Shown here: positions 6,043-14,398 of the stretch, piece after piece | Numbering within the stretch: position 1 is the stretch's first letter | Layout: each line of letters starts with the position of its first letter | NCBI GenBank assembly: GCA_016840855.1 | Contig: JAEORO010000072.1 | Span: forward strand, 1-14,416 | DNA: 14,416 nt | Source of the DNA: Candidatus Thorarchaeota archaeon | GTDB lineage: Archaea; Asgardarchaeota; Thorarchaeia; Thorarchaeales; Thorarchaeaceae | Direction: 5' to 3' | Program-made: the position numbers and the translations under genes | Notes under the pieces: generated by a model | What the model saw: the letters and a program-made list of their open reading frames with translations, nothing else | The model's database searches: none | Told to the model about the DNA's origin: nothing

Positions 6043-7021
6043 TATATATGGCAATCACTAAAATGACTGCAATCCCTACTCCACCACCGACAAGAAGTAT
6101 CTCAAATGGGAACTTTAGATTTTCTTCAGGTGTTGTAGATGGTGTATATGGCCATTCGGTGATATTACAGACTGTTGGACTAGATTCAATTAACCATCGA
6201 GATATAGTGAGCATGAAGGGCCACTCCGAATCTGGGTCATCATATCTATCGTAATATTCAGTACCATCACGATCACCATCCTCTTCGTATTCGAAGTGTG
6301 GACTAGAAATGAACACTGTTCCCTCTCCATAATATGAAGCAACCATAGCTGGTAAGCCTACATGAGTATAGTTTGCAATGAAAATCAATTCTTGTCCCTC
6401 AGCTGGAAGGATGTATCTTCCCGTTTCAAATAGTACAGATAGGTTGGAAGGCATTTCTGATAGATCTGGTCCTACACAAGCTCTATTTATTGAAACATTT
6501 GTCATTTCCAAAGGTTCCATTTCTGTTATCTCGTATGATGTTCCTTCTATGAGAGCGAGATTAAATTCTGTATATGATCCCTCAAAATATGAATATCTAA
6601 CAGCCATTGCGGCACTCCCTCTCACGCCAATATATGAACCACCTGCTGCAACCCACTCGCGAATTGCTTGAAGACCGTCAGGAGTTAGCCTACTTTCCAG
6701 TGTGGGACCAAGTCCTTCAGGGATTGCAAAGAGTTCACATGACCAAAGTGATCCATTGATAATATCCGTGGAATTGAAAACATTCACAGTCGCATTCATC
6801 CATTCGAACATACTGATTAACGCTGTCCGACTTGCTTCTGACCTGTAATATCCTTCGTAAATCCCCACTCTTATTCCGGTCAGGTCAATTCCATTTTCTG
6901 TCGTTGAATGAGCTGCCCTTAATGTGGGTGGTGGATTGGCACTAGAAGTGATATTTGGCACAGAATTTACAAAGAGAACAAACAAAATAACTATCAACTG
7001 AAGGAACCTATTACTCCTCAT
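6029..7021 (-). CDS. Secreted, C-terminally membrane-anchored BPL-N / class I glutamine amidotransferase-like fold protein
   Basis: Signal peptide MRSNRFLQLIVILFVLFV from ATG 7021 (the ORF track extends to 7093). Motifs: RVGIYEG, FAIPEG, GLQAIREWVAAGGSYIGVRGSA, PAMVASYYGEGTVFISSPHFE. Pro/Thr linker, C-terminal TM helix and RRK. Confidence 0.85.
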   Translation of the reverse strand: MRSNRFLQLIVILFVLFVNSVPNITSSANPPPTLRAAHSTTENGIDLTGIRVGIYEGYYRSEASRTALISMFEWMNATVNVFNSTDIINGSLWSCELFAIPEGLGPTLESRLTPDGLQAIREWVAAGGSYIGVRGSAAMAVRYSYFEGSYTEFNLALIEGTSYEITEMEPLEMTNVSINRACVGPDLSEMPSNLSVLFETGRYILPAEGQELIFIANYTHVGLPAMVASYYGEGTVFISSPHFEYEEDGDRDGTEYYDRYDDPDSEWPFMLTISRWLIESSPTVCNITEWPYTPSTTPEENLKFPFEILLVGGGVGIAVILVIAIYIRRK

Positions 7022-7244
7022 TCTTTCCCATCCTGAAATTTTTCGATGCAAAATAGTAATCACTATATAGAATAGGATTAGTGCTTGGCGCAATTATTGC
7101 ATCGTCAGAATGAGTTACAGTTCGAGTTTTATGAAATGGATTGAATCGAAGTGGTCTGAATATAAATCGCTGAATCGAGCAATCGTGCAAGAATTGTACC
7201 CCAAGGATAATAATACACTAGAAATCTACCACATATGAGGGAAA

Positions 7245-9086
7245 ATGAAGCTAATCAACTCGTCTTCCGTTAAGAAGGGAATCATCCTAGTTGGTGTCCT
7301 AATTACACTTGTTGGTTTGACATTGCATCTTTCAGTACCTGGAACAACAAGAAGTGGATATCCAATGAATGTTCCACCAATGGATGTCGCTGTTGAGAAT
7401 CTCTCTATTCCAAATTCTATTGGGTATGGATTTGGAATTGAACTAATAGACATTACACAAATCGGTTCAAATGAGTCCTCTGCATATCTTCTCACAGCTG
7501 ACCAATACAATGACTATCAGTCAGGAATTCCATTAAACGAAACGAGTGCACTCATTAGTCTGGAAAATGGTGGCAGAGACTCCTTTGAAACCATCCTGAC
7601 TGAAGACCTCAATATCTATTTAGTATTTACAAATGAGAAAAATGATACAATCTTTTGGCAATACTACTACTATCTCCTTCCAGCCTCTTACTATCCTACT
7701 TTCACTCTTGCTTTTTCAGGTTCCTTCATCACAATCCTTGGATTTGCTTGGTACTTTTCTGGCTGGAAGAGATGGTTTCTTGTTGCTCTAGGTATTCAGT
7801 CTATATTATTCTTAGTAAGGGTCTTTACCCTCTCAACATATAGTTTCAACTTACCTAGTGTCTTTTGGGACTTGATACACATTGAACTCTATAATGACTA
7901 CCAATTTTTCTATCTCTCTTGGATTCCAAGACTATGGGAAGGTGCTTGGGCATACTCCTCTGAATTGGCCGGTTATTTGTACCCTCCACTTTGGATCTAT
8001 ACTGTTGGTCTATTTGGTTCAACACCATCATGGCTTCCAGGACTTGTCCTTTTCGCCTTCAATGCTGCGACTGGCATTTTGGTTTACAAAACCGTCTTCA
8101 GAATCACGAATGATGAAGTTAGAGCGACATTTGCATTGATGTTCTATATGCTGAACCCTCTCACTCTATTCTATGGGGCATTTATGTGGCTGAATCCAAC
8201 ACCCTACGTCTTCTTCACTATGTTGTCTTTTTATCTGGTGTTGATTGAAAAAGAGGAGTTCTCAATTGCTTCACTCGCTATAGCAACTCTATACAAGCAA
8301 CTGGCTGTTGTGTTCTTTCCAATTTTGGTTATTTTACTTGTTAAACTGAAGACGAATCTTTCACTCAAGAATAAGTTTGTGTTATTCCTAAAGCACACAA
8401 CAGTTTATTCAGGAATCATTGGTTTGGTTTCATTGCCATTTCTCATCGTAAGTCCTGAAGCTTATCTCAACCAGATGATCCTTTCGAATACTGGTAGCTA
8501 TTGGCGTCTTGTTACATTTACTCCTGCACCCTCGATACCCGTTCATGCTAATTCGTTCTTTCTGTGGCTCAATTTTCCAAGATGGTTTACTGACATTATA
8601 GCGGTCTTGATTATCAACTATGTTTTCTTGATATTATGCGGAATCCTTGTGTATGGTGGATATGCTCTCTACAAATCTCGGTATGAAAACATTGTTGAGA
8701 AAGAAAAGATTGCTGACCTTTTCATGAAAGCCATCTTTTGGAGTTTCATTGTAGTAATCAGTGTCCAGATGTTCTATCCTCGTGGTTCATACAAATTCTA
8801 CCTACTTGCACTCACTCCATTCGCTGCATTGCTCTTTGATTACAAGAACCTAGATTTGAGTATGAAAACAGAATTTCAGTTTAGCAAACATCACATCTTT
8901 CTACTACTGATGACTTGGGCTGTCTTCTTGTGCTACAGATTTGTGTATTTCTGGTTACTGGGATTATGGGTTGTATTCTACCTTGTATTAACAGGAGAGT
9001 TATCTCGAATCAAGAATGGTATATTCAGATTCTTTATCGGAGGTGGCACTGACACTACCGAACTAGAGGACATCTATTCTGAGTAA
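7245..9086 (+). CDS. GT-C fold integral membrane glycosyltransferase (GT87/DUF2029-like) with an extra N-terminal extracytoplasmic beta domain
   Basis: Many TM helices; GT-C first-loop motifs YNDYQFFY and YLYPPLW; YMLNPL; ATLYKQ; SLPFL. An N-terminal TM / beta-rich domain / TM module (AYLLTADQYNDY, NIYLVFTN) precedes the transferase core. Confidence 0.8.
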   Translation: MKLINSSSVKKGIILVGVLITLVGLTLHLSVPGTTRSGYPMNVPPMDVAVENLSIPNSIGYGFGIELIDITQIGSNESSAYLLTADQYNDYQSGIPLNETSALISLENGGRDSFETILTEDLNIYLVFTNEKNDTIFWQYYYYLLPASYYPTFTLAFSGSFITILGFAWYFSGWKRWFLVALGIQSILFLVRVFTLSTYSFNLPSVFWDLIHIELYNDYQFFYLSWIPRLWEGAWAYSSELAGYLYPPLWIYTVGLFGSTPSWLPGLVLFAFNAATGILVYKTVFRITNDEVRATFALMFYMLNPLTLFYGAFMWLNPTPYVFFTMLSFYLVLIEKEEFSIASLAIATLYKQLAVVFFPILVILLVKLKTNLSLKNKFVLFLKHTTVYSGIIGLVSLPFLIVSPEAYLNQMILSNTGSYWRLVTFTPAPSIPVHANSFFLWLNFPRWFTDIIAVLIINYVFLILCGILVYGGYALYKSRYENIVEKEKIADLFMKAIFWSFIVVISVQMFYPRGSYKFYLLALTPFAALLFDYKNLDLSMKTEFQFSKHHIFLLLMTWAVFLCYRFVYFWLLGLWVVFYLVLTGELSRIKNGIFRFFIGGGTDTTELEDIYSE

Positions 9087-9200
9087 TAGCTCAAGCAATT
9101 GAATAATTCTAGAGTTTGTAGTGTATCCTTTCCGAATATGTTCGTAGAAGACTCAGAAAGCCACAAATCCTATTCAATAGATTGAATTTGATTCTATGAT

Positions 9201-10061
9201 TCACTCGTAGTCATTGAACGAGGGTTCATCTTCTATAAATTCACTCGGTATTCCAAGAGAATCGAAAAATTTGCGCACCGCAATGCAAGCAAATTTCTCC
9301 GTTGAGTAATGGGTTGCAGCAATCACGTTAATTCCATGTTTTTGGCATATCTCATGAAATCTAAAAGACGGTTCATAGCTCGGGTTTTTCCTCGTCACTC
9401 CTGTTATGTATGTCCTGACTTCAGTTTCTATGAGTTCTTCTGCAATCTCTGGATAGTTCCCTCCTCCTGCCACAGCAGCAACCATCTGATTTGATATATT
9501 TGAAGAACCATATTCCCAAGTCTTCAGTTTGTGGCCCACAACATTCTCAACATGCTTAGAAAATTCCGACAATGATTTGTACTTAGTTCCACCAATGATG
9601 CCAACCATCACGCCAAAATAATCGAAGAATTCTCGCTCGATTTTTATGTTTAGAGCACGAGCGAGTGATATTGATGTACTGTAGGGGCCATTACGATCGA
9701 GAGGGACATGTATTGCATAGTGTGAAATAGCTCTCTCCCTCAACTCCCTAACATAATTGACAGGTATACTCCTGAATGGAAAGCCTTCTGCATTTGTATC
9801 CCAAATCAAAGGATGATGGGTAAAGAGGAGAATATTATTTTCTCCGGATTCCAAAATTTGGTCAAGTACACGCTCGCTTGGAAAGACTGCAGTATAGACC
9901 TTCTCTATCTCTTCAGAATTATCTAATATGAGCCCCATTCGTGTTCCTTTGAAACTCTCAGTGACGTAGTCCTCGATATCAGAGAAATCCCATTCACCTT
10001 CATTGAGTTTGTCTAGCTCAAACTCCTTGTCCAGACTCTGATAGACCAACTTTGCTTTCAT
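9201..10061 (-). CDS. NIF3/DUF34 family dinuclear metal-centre protein
   Basis: Motifs LLFTHHP, YAIHVPLD, VAGGG, TYITG and ATHYSTEK. GGAGAGG lies upstream of the ATG. Confidence 0.92.
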   Translation of the reverse strand: MKAKLVYQSLDKEFELDKLNEGEWDFSDIEDYVTESFKGTRMGLILDNSEEIEKVYTAVFPSERVLDQILESGENNILLFTHHPLIWDTNAEGFPFRSIPVNYVRELRERAISHYAIHVPLDRNGPYSTSISLARALNIKIEREFFDYFGVMVGIIGGTKYKSLSEFSKHVENVVGHKLKTWEYGSSNISNQMVAAVAGGGNYPEIAEELIETEVRTYITGVTRKNPSYEPSFRFHEICQKHGINVIAATHYSTEKFACIAVRKFFDSLGIPSEFIEDEPSFNDYE

Positions 10062-10131
10062 TATTTTGCCTCTCCAAGACCGTCCTGATTTGGTCTTTTT
10101 AGTTGCTATTGTATCTTCTGTTGTTTGGGAA

Positions 10132-10174
10132 GAATCTATGGCAACTTACCTAAAAGGTGAGTTAACATAGACTC
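10132..10174. repeat. 43-bp imperfect inverted repeat (hairpin)
   Basis: GAATCTATG-GC-AACTTACC-TAAAA-GGTGAGTT-AA-CATAGACTC. Confidence 0.7.
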
Positions 10175-10212
10175 GTCATAGTCAAAGCGCTCCAAGGAAA
10201 CCTAGCCATGTG

Positions 10213-10500
10213 CTACTCTGAGTCTGGAATCATCTCAGGATTTATTGCCCAGCAACGTTTTCCTAAGAACTCTGCTGATACAATAAGTCCTCTGTCTTCC
10301 ATATTCCCCAGATGTTCTCTGAACTCTTGACAAGTGATCACAACACCTTTCGTCACCATCAAGAACTTCTCGTACAAGGTGGCTTCAAAATCGATTATTG
10401 AATGACCAAAGGAGAGTAATATGGCATCCTCAATCTGAGGGGGCACTGTGCTAAGCACAACCTGTTCACCGTTAGGCGTTTCTACAATGCGTGCGTTCAA
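10213..10500 (-). CDS. Small hypothetical protein, probable winged-helix fold
   Basis: TTG start with AGGTG Shine-Dalgarno (10511-10507) and a TATA box upstream. C-terminal helix + wing pattern EFREHLGNMEDRGLIVSAEFLGKRCWAI. Confidence 0.78.
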   Translation of the reverse strand: MNARIVETPNGEQVVLSTVPPQIEDAILLSFGHSIIDFEATLYEKFLMVTKGVVITCQEFREHLGNMEDRGLIVSAEFLGKRCWAINPEMIPDSE

Positions 10501-10532
10501 TTATAACACCTAAGAAGACCTAACGATAATTC

Positions 10533-10541
10533 TTTATATAA
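10533..10541 (-). promoter_or_regulatory. Putative TATA box of the small wHTH gene
   Basis: TTATATAAA on the minus strand, 33-41 nt upstream of TTG 10500. Confidence 0.55.
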
Positions 10542-10689
10542 TGACCATGAAACATACTTGAATAGTGAGATACGAATCGACTCTCATAAGGCACCAAATT
10601 CGGAGATATGCTTTATCAGAGTTCATAATAGTTGGAAATCAGCTTATATCTCAATTACTAGCTCATTGCTCCAAAATGACTTGAAAAGC

Positions 10690-11685
10690 TCAAAGTTTCG
10701 GAACGATTTGGTCTTTCAGTATACTAATTGTGTCTAACCCATTCTTCCGAAGATCCCCAACCATAGGAAGACCCAGAATGATGACATCTGCCAGATTCTT
10801 GTATTTGGAGATTTTCTCAACAGCTGTTTTTATTGTGCCTGAGATATACTTTGTAAGCATAACTTCTAGGACCTTTGGCTTTAGCTCATCAGTTATCTCT
10901 TCGAACAGCCAGTGTTGATTCAAAAGCTCCCTCTTCTTCTTTTCAAAATCATCGGTATCTTTCCCAATTACCGATGTACAAATGTAAATCGACCATTTCA
11001 GTTCATTATAGTCACGGCCAACTTTTTCACAAGCGACTCTTACGCGATTCTTTTTCTCTGCGAAATCTTCAGGTGTTTCAGAATCATAATTCAGGCCGTC
11101 AGCATAACGTGCAATAATTTCCTCCATCATCGGTGTTTTTAGCTTTTGATTTCCAACCCAGATGGGTACACGGGGCTTCTGTACCGGTTTCGGTAGGAAC
11201 ATTGTTTCCTTTATGTCATAATACTCTCCCTCAAAGCTAGGTCTTTCTTCTGTCCAGAGGAGATTGATAATCTGGATAGCCTCTCTTAGTTGGCTAATTC
11301 TTGTTTTCGTGGAAGGAAATGGGTAGCCATATGCTTCATACTCTGATTTCTTCCATCCAGCTCCAATACCAAATTCTATCCTTCCATTCGATGCATTATC
11401 CAAAGTTGATACAATCTTGGCTAGTTGTGCGGGATTTCTATACGATTGGCAGGTAACTATTGTTCCTAATCGAATGCGTTTTGTCTGCGGAACCAATAAT
11501 GCAAGAAGTGTCCATGCATCGTAGGCTTGTTTCTCTGCACTCTCAGGATTTCCAAAGAAGTGATCCGAAACTGTGAAACTGTATAAGTTGGCATCTTCAG
11601 CAGCCTTGGCAAGGGTCACTATGTCTTCGTAGGTATACCCCATTTGAGGCTCAATTTGGATTCCAATCTTCAAACTACCACACAC
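10690..11685 (-). CDS. LLM-class (luciferase-like) flavin/F420-dependent oxidoreductase
   Basis: Motifs GIQIEPQMG, VSDHFF, DAWTLLALL, IRLGTIVTCQSYRNPAQLAK, GRIEFGIGAGW...EYEAYGYPFP, PKPVQKPRVPIWVG. The true start may be TTG 11673, which has AGGTG upstream. Confidence 0.95.
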   Translation of the reverse strand: MCGSLKIGIQIEPQMGYTYEDIVTLAKAAEDANLYSFTVSDHFFGNPESAEKQAYDAWTLLALLVPQTKRIRLGTIVTCQSYRNPAQLAKIVSTLDNASNGRIEFGIGAGWKKSEYEAYGYPFPSTKTRISQLREAIQIINLLWTEERPSFEGEYYDIKETMFLPKPVQKPRVPIWVGNQKLKTPMMEEIIARYADGLNYDSETPEDFAEKKNRVRVACEKVGRDYNELKWSIYICTSVIGKDTDDFEKKKRELLNQHWLFEEITDELKPKVLEVMLTKYISGTIKTAVEKISKYKNLADVIILGLPMVGDLRKNGLDTISILKDQIVPKL

Positions 11686-11763
11686 CTAATGATTAGACTG
11701 CCATCGCGCGTGTAATAACTTGTTATATCTACGTAACAAGCACGTAGGGTGAGATTGCTGAAC

Positions 11764-12642
11764 TCAGCTCTTGCGAAATCTCTTCCTATGTTTTCTCACG
11801 CCTTCTGGCCAGTCTTCAATCGGTTGGCTTAGAGTAGTTGTAAATTCGATTTTGTCAATTGGAAAATCTGTCAGTGATTTGCACTCAAAAAGAGGCGTGA
11901 CATCGAGGGATATTAGCTCGTTGTCGTCTAGTTTCAGAAACTCCAGTTTTGTGCAGTTCTTTAAAGGAGAGAGCTCGACCTCTCTGAGACCCATTCCATC
12001 AATGGTTAGTATTTTCAAATCCCTGCACTCTGATAGGGGGCTCAAGTCGATTTCTGAAGTTTTGTTTATCCCAATATTTAAGGCCTCTAGTTTGGTGCAT
12101 GAAGCGAGCGGGGTCAGGTCTATGGATTCAAGGTCATTATCTGTAAGGTCTAAATACTCTAGATTTGGGCAGGATGCTAGAGGGGTGAGATTAATCGTTT
12201 CTAGATGGTTCATATAGAGGATTAACTCTTTCAGTTTTGCGCTCCCCGCTAAGGGTGATAGGTCGATTGTCTTGAGTTCATTTAGACCAAGATTGATTCT
12301 AGTAAGTTTGTGAAGGTTGGGGATATCTTCCAAATGGAACTCGGTAAGACGTTGATGTTCTGCTTCTAAGACGGTTCGACCACGAGTTGCAGTCAGCTCT
12401 TTTTTCTTTGCTGATGTGTTTTGTTTGTCTTTGAAAAGATGGTACTCGTATGCAAGGTATCCAACTAAAAGCATCATTGCTGGTGAACCACCGATGAAGC
12501 TGATTGCAGTTAAAAACAACCTATCCAAAAATGGAGTGCCGAGAAAACCTAGAATGGTCCATGCGAGGAAACTTATGATGGAACCTGAAATTAGTCCAAG
12601 GATTACTATCTGGTCCCTAAATTTCATCGGAACTACTTGCAC
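11764..12642 (-). CDS. Leucine-rich repeat protein with an N-terminal two-helix membrane anchor
   Basis: Two hydrophobic helices (aa ~12-35 and ~42-66), then six 24-aa LRRs with consensus xxLxxLxLxxNxLxxIDLSPLxxC. Start is GTG 12642 or ATG 12627. Confidence 0.92.
   Translation of the reverse strand: MQVVPMKFRDQIVILGLISGSIISFLAWTILGFLGTPFLDRLFLTAISFIGGSPAMMLLVGYLAYEYHLFKDKQNTSAKKKELTATRGRTVLEAEHQRLTEFHLEDIPNLHKLTRINLGLNELKTIDLSPLAGSAKLKELILYMNHLETINLTPLASCPNLEYLDLTDNDLESIDLTPLASCTKLEALNIGINKTSEIDLSPLSECRDLKILTIDGMGLREVELSPLKNCTKLEFLKLDDNELISLDVTPLFECKSLTDFPIDKIEFTTTLSQPIEDWPEGVRKHRKRFRKS
11881..12312 (-). repeat. Six coding 72-nt (24-aa) LRR units
   Basis: HKLTRINLGLNELKTIDLSPLAGS / AKLKELILYMNHLETINLTPLASC / PNLEYLDLTDNDLESIDLTPLASC / TKLEALNIGINKTSEIDLSPLSEC / RDLKILTIDGMGLREVELSPLKNC / TKLEFLKLDDNELISLDVTPLFEC. 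Confidence 0.9.
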
Positions 12643-12705
12643 GCTCCCAATTATGGTGCTCGTGAAAGCCTATCTTTCTTGTTCTCCTAAGTGATATCTC
12701 AAAAA

Positions 12706-12753
12706 GATTTTGCCAGCCGAATCCTATTTATGATGGATTTTTCCAGCAAAGTC
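12706..12753. promoter_or_regulatory. Pair of 18-bp pseudo-palindromic repeats flanking a TATA-like element (candidate operator)
   Basis: GATTTTGCCAGCCGAATC (12706-12723) and GATTTTTCCAGCAAAGTC (12736-12753), with TATTTATGA between them. Confidence 0.5.
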
Positions 12754-12795
12754 TTGCATTCGACAATTACCGAATTAGCCCTTGTGGCTAAAGAT

Positions 12796-12801
12796 GGAGG
12801 A
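12796..12801 (+). promoter_or_regulatory. Shine-Dalgarno sequence
   Basis: GGAGGA 8 nt before TTG 12810. Confidence 0.75.
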
Positions 12802-12809
12802 TTAGTCAT

Positions 12810-14327
12810 TTGGTAGAGTACAACAAGGTCACTGACGATGTGGTCAAGAAACTCATCGCTGTATGTGGTGAGAAATATGTCACCACTAGTGAACCACTTC
12901 GTCACAGCTATATGGCTCGAGGGATTATGGGGCTTGAGGCAGTCGTTCCAGAGGTCATTGTGAGACCTGCAAGTGCTGAGGAAGTGTCAAAGATTCTCAT
13001 CATTGCAAACGAAAACCTAAGCCCAGTAACTCCCGCAGCCGGAGGCCTCAGTGGAGGTTTCGCGTTACCAGCGATTGAGCCTGGTGGTATCTACATGGAC
13101 ATGACTCGGATGGATAATATGGAGATAGACACGGAGAATAGAGTCATGATTGTAGAGCCGGGTGTCAGGTCTGGCGATGCATGGAGAATTTTCAAGACCA
13201 AGTATCCCGACTGGGCTCCGCCAATTCCTGATGGTGCACCCCCAGCGGCTACTGTCCTTGGGGATGCTATTGAGCGAGGATTCTCGCTCGTGACCGGTGT
13301 ATACGGTCCACAGGCAGACATGATCATGGGTATGGAGATAGTTCTCCCGACCGGTGAGATCTTTCATACTGGTTCTTGGGCACTACCTGGTGCAAAGCCT
13401 TTCTATCGCTGGGGAGTTGGTCCAAATCCTGATGGGCTGTTTCTGGGGTCACAGGGCTCTATGGGTATCATAACAAAATGCGCTATCAAGATGGTGCCAC
13501 ATCCGCACTACAAGACAGTAGTTGCGTATGGTGGAGAAACTTGGGATGACATCGTCAAGCCAGCTTGGGAGATCTCCAAACATGAGATGGGTATTGGTGA
13601 ACGCACTGTTATGGTACAAGGAGGTAACTACGAACTTGTCATGACACGCTGGCCCAAAGAGAATGTCCCAATCGACTATGATTTCTACAAGAAAATCGGT
13701 GTGGACAAGAAGTGGATGAACTACGAATGCTGGGCATGGTCTCAGGAGGAGCTTGACGAAACACTGAATGGCATTGACAAGATCTACAAGGACTACGAGG
13801 TCAGGGAGAAGCGTACCACTCCAAAACAAGAGTTACATCCAAAGCAGGTCGCATCCCGCCTTAAAAAACCCAACAAGATTGCCATCCCTTACTCACTCTG
13901 GCAAGCCGGATTCTTGTTCATAACTTGGTACTGTCCTTGGCTTGAGAGCAGCAGGATGATGGAAGAGTACTGTGCAGCGATGGCTGACTATGGCTTCCCT
14001 GAAACTATGTGGGTAGCATCCATCGATCACGCAAGGCAAGCCATCGTTATGCCAATTCTCTGCTTTGACTGGACAGAGCCTGGCATCATGGAAAAGATTC
14101 GGGAGTTTAATCTTGAAACTACCAAGAGTTTCCTGAAGAAAGGTTGGCTCAATTATAGGCCTGATCCATTTGTCCATGCTCCTCAGACCTTCAGTCAAGC
14201 AAAAGAATACTACAAGATGCTGGTCAAATTCCGAAAGGTTTTGGACCCGAACTTGATATTACATCCAGGTCGTCTCGCAATCCCATGGGAGAGCGTTACG
14301 GACCTACCCAACCCCGTAAAGTCCTGA
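12810..14327 (+). CDS. FAD-binding oxidoreductase, VAO/PCMH (FAD_binding_4, GlcD-like) superfamily
   Basis: Motifs PEVIVRPASAEEVSKILIIAN, GGIYMDMTRMD, IVEPGV, ATVLGDAIERG, GMEIVLPTGEIFHTGS, GPNPDGLFLGSQGSMGIITK and C-terminal LDPNLILHPGRL. Confidence 0.95.
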   Translation: MVEYNKVTDDVVKKLIAVCGEKYVTTSEPLRHSYMARGIMGLEAVVPEVIVRPASAEEVSKILIIANENLSPVTPAAGGLSGGFALPAIEPGGIYMDMTRMDNMEIDTENRVMIVEPGVRSGDAWRIFKTKYPDWAPPIPDGAPPAATVLGDAIERGFSLVTGVYGPQADMIMGMEIVLPTGEIFHTGSWALPGAKPFYRWGVGPNPDGLFLGSQGSMGIITKCAIKMVPHPHYKTVVAYGGETWDDIVKPAWEISKHEMGIGERTVMVQGGNYELVMTRWPKENVPIDYDFYKKIGVDKKWMNYECWAWSQEELDETLNGIDKIYKDYEVREKRTTPKQELHPKQVASRLKKPNKIAIPYSLWQAGFLFITWYCPWLESSRMMEEYCAAMADYGFPETMWVASIDHARQAIVMPILCFDWTEPGIMEKIREFNLETTKSFLKKGWLNYRPDPFVHAPQTFSQAKEYYKMLVKFRKVLDPNLILHPGRLAIPWESVTDLPNPVKS

Positions 14328-14398
14328 AACCAAGGTGTGAAAAATGTTACAAAACATAACCACTATATATCGATATGATACAAGGAGGAACGATTGAG

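Noticed and set aside
7022-7093. N-terminal extension of the BPL-N ORF
   Set aside because: ATG 7021 begins a typical signal peptide. The upstream region is better explained as the divergent promoter.
9172-9187. Palindrome ATTCAAT-AG-ATTGAAT between convergent genes
   Set aside because: AT-rich and short. It could contribute to termination but is not distinguishable from chance.
10125-10180. Eukaryote-like SECIS element (AUGA-N12-AA then an apical stem on the minus strand)
   Set aside because: The 3' arm lacks the required GA of the non-Watson-Crick quartet (it reads UUCC), and no neighbouring gene shows an in-frame TGA.
11881-12312. 72-nt periodicity as a possible CRISPR array or DNA-level repeat system
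   Set aside because: The repeats are degenerate at DNA level and conserved at protein level. There is no identical repeat/unique spacer pattern and no cas genes.
3348-14198. Remaining short overlapping ORFs (e.g. 3825-4142, 4181-4477, 6378-6671, 11771-12217, 12416-12694, 12699-12905, 13449-13829, 13893-14198)
   Set aside because: Antisense or off-frame within genes that have clear family motifs. The periodicity in 11771-12217 only mirrors the LRR repeats.
12810-14327. Apparently higher GC content suggesting horizontal transfer
   Set aside because: Judged only by eye from a few lines. It is explicable by Gly/Pro/Ala content and expression-linked codon bias, and no mobility genes or flanking repeats are present.
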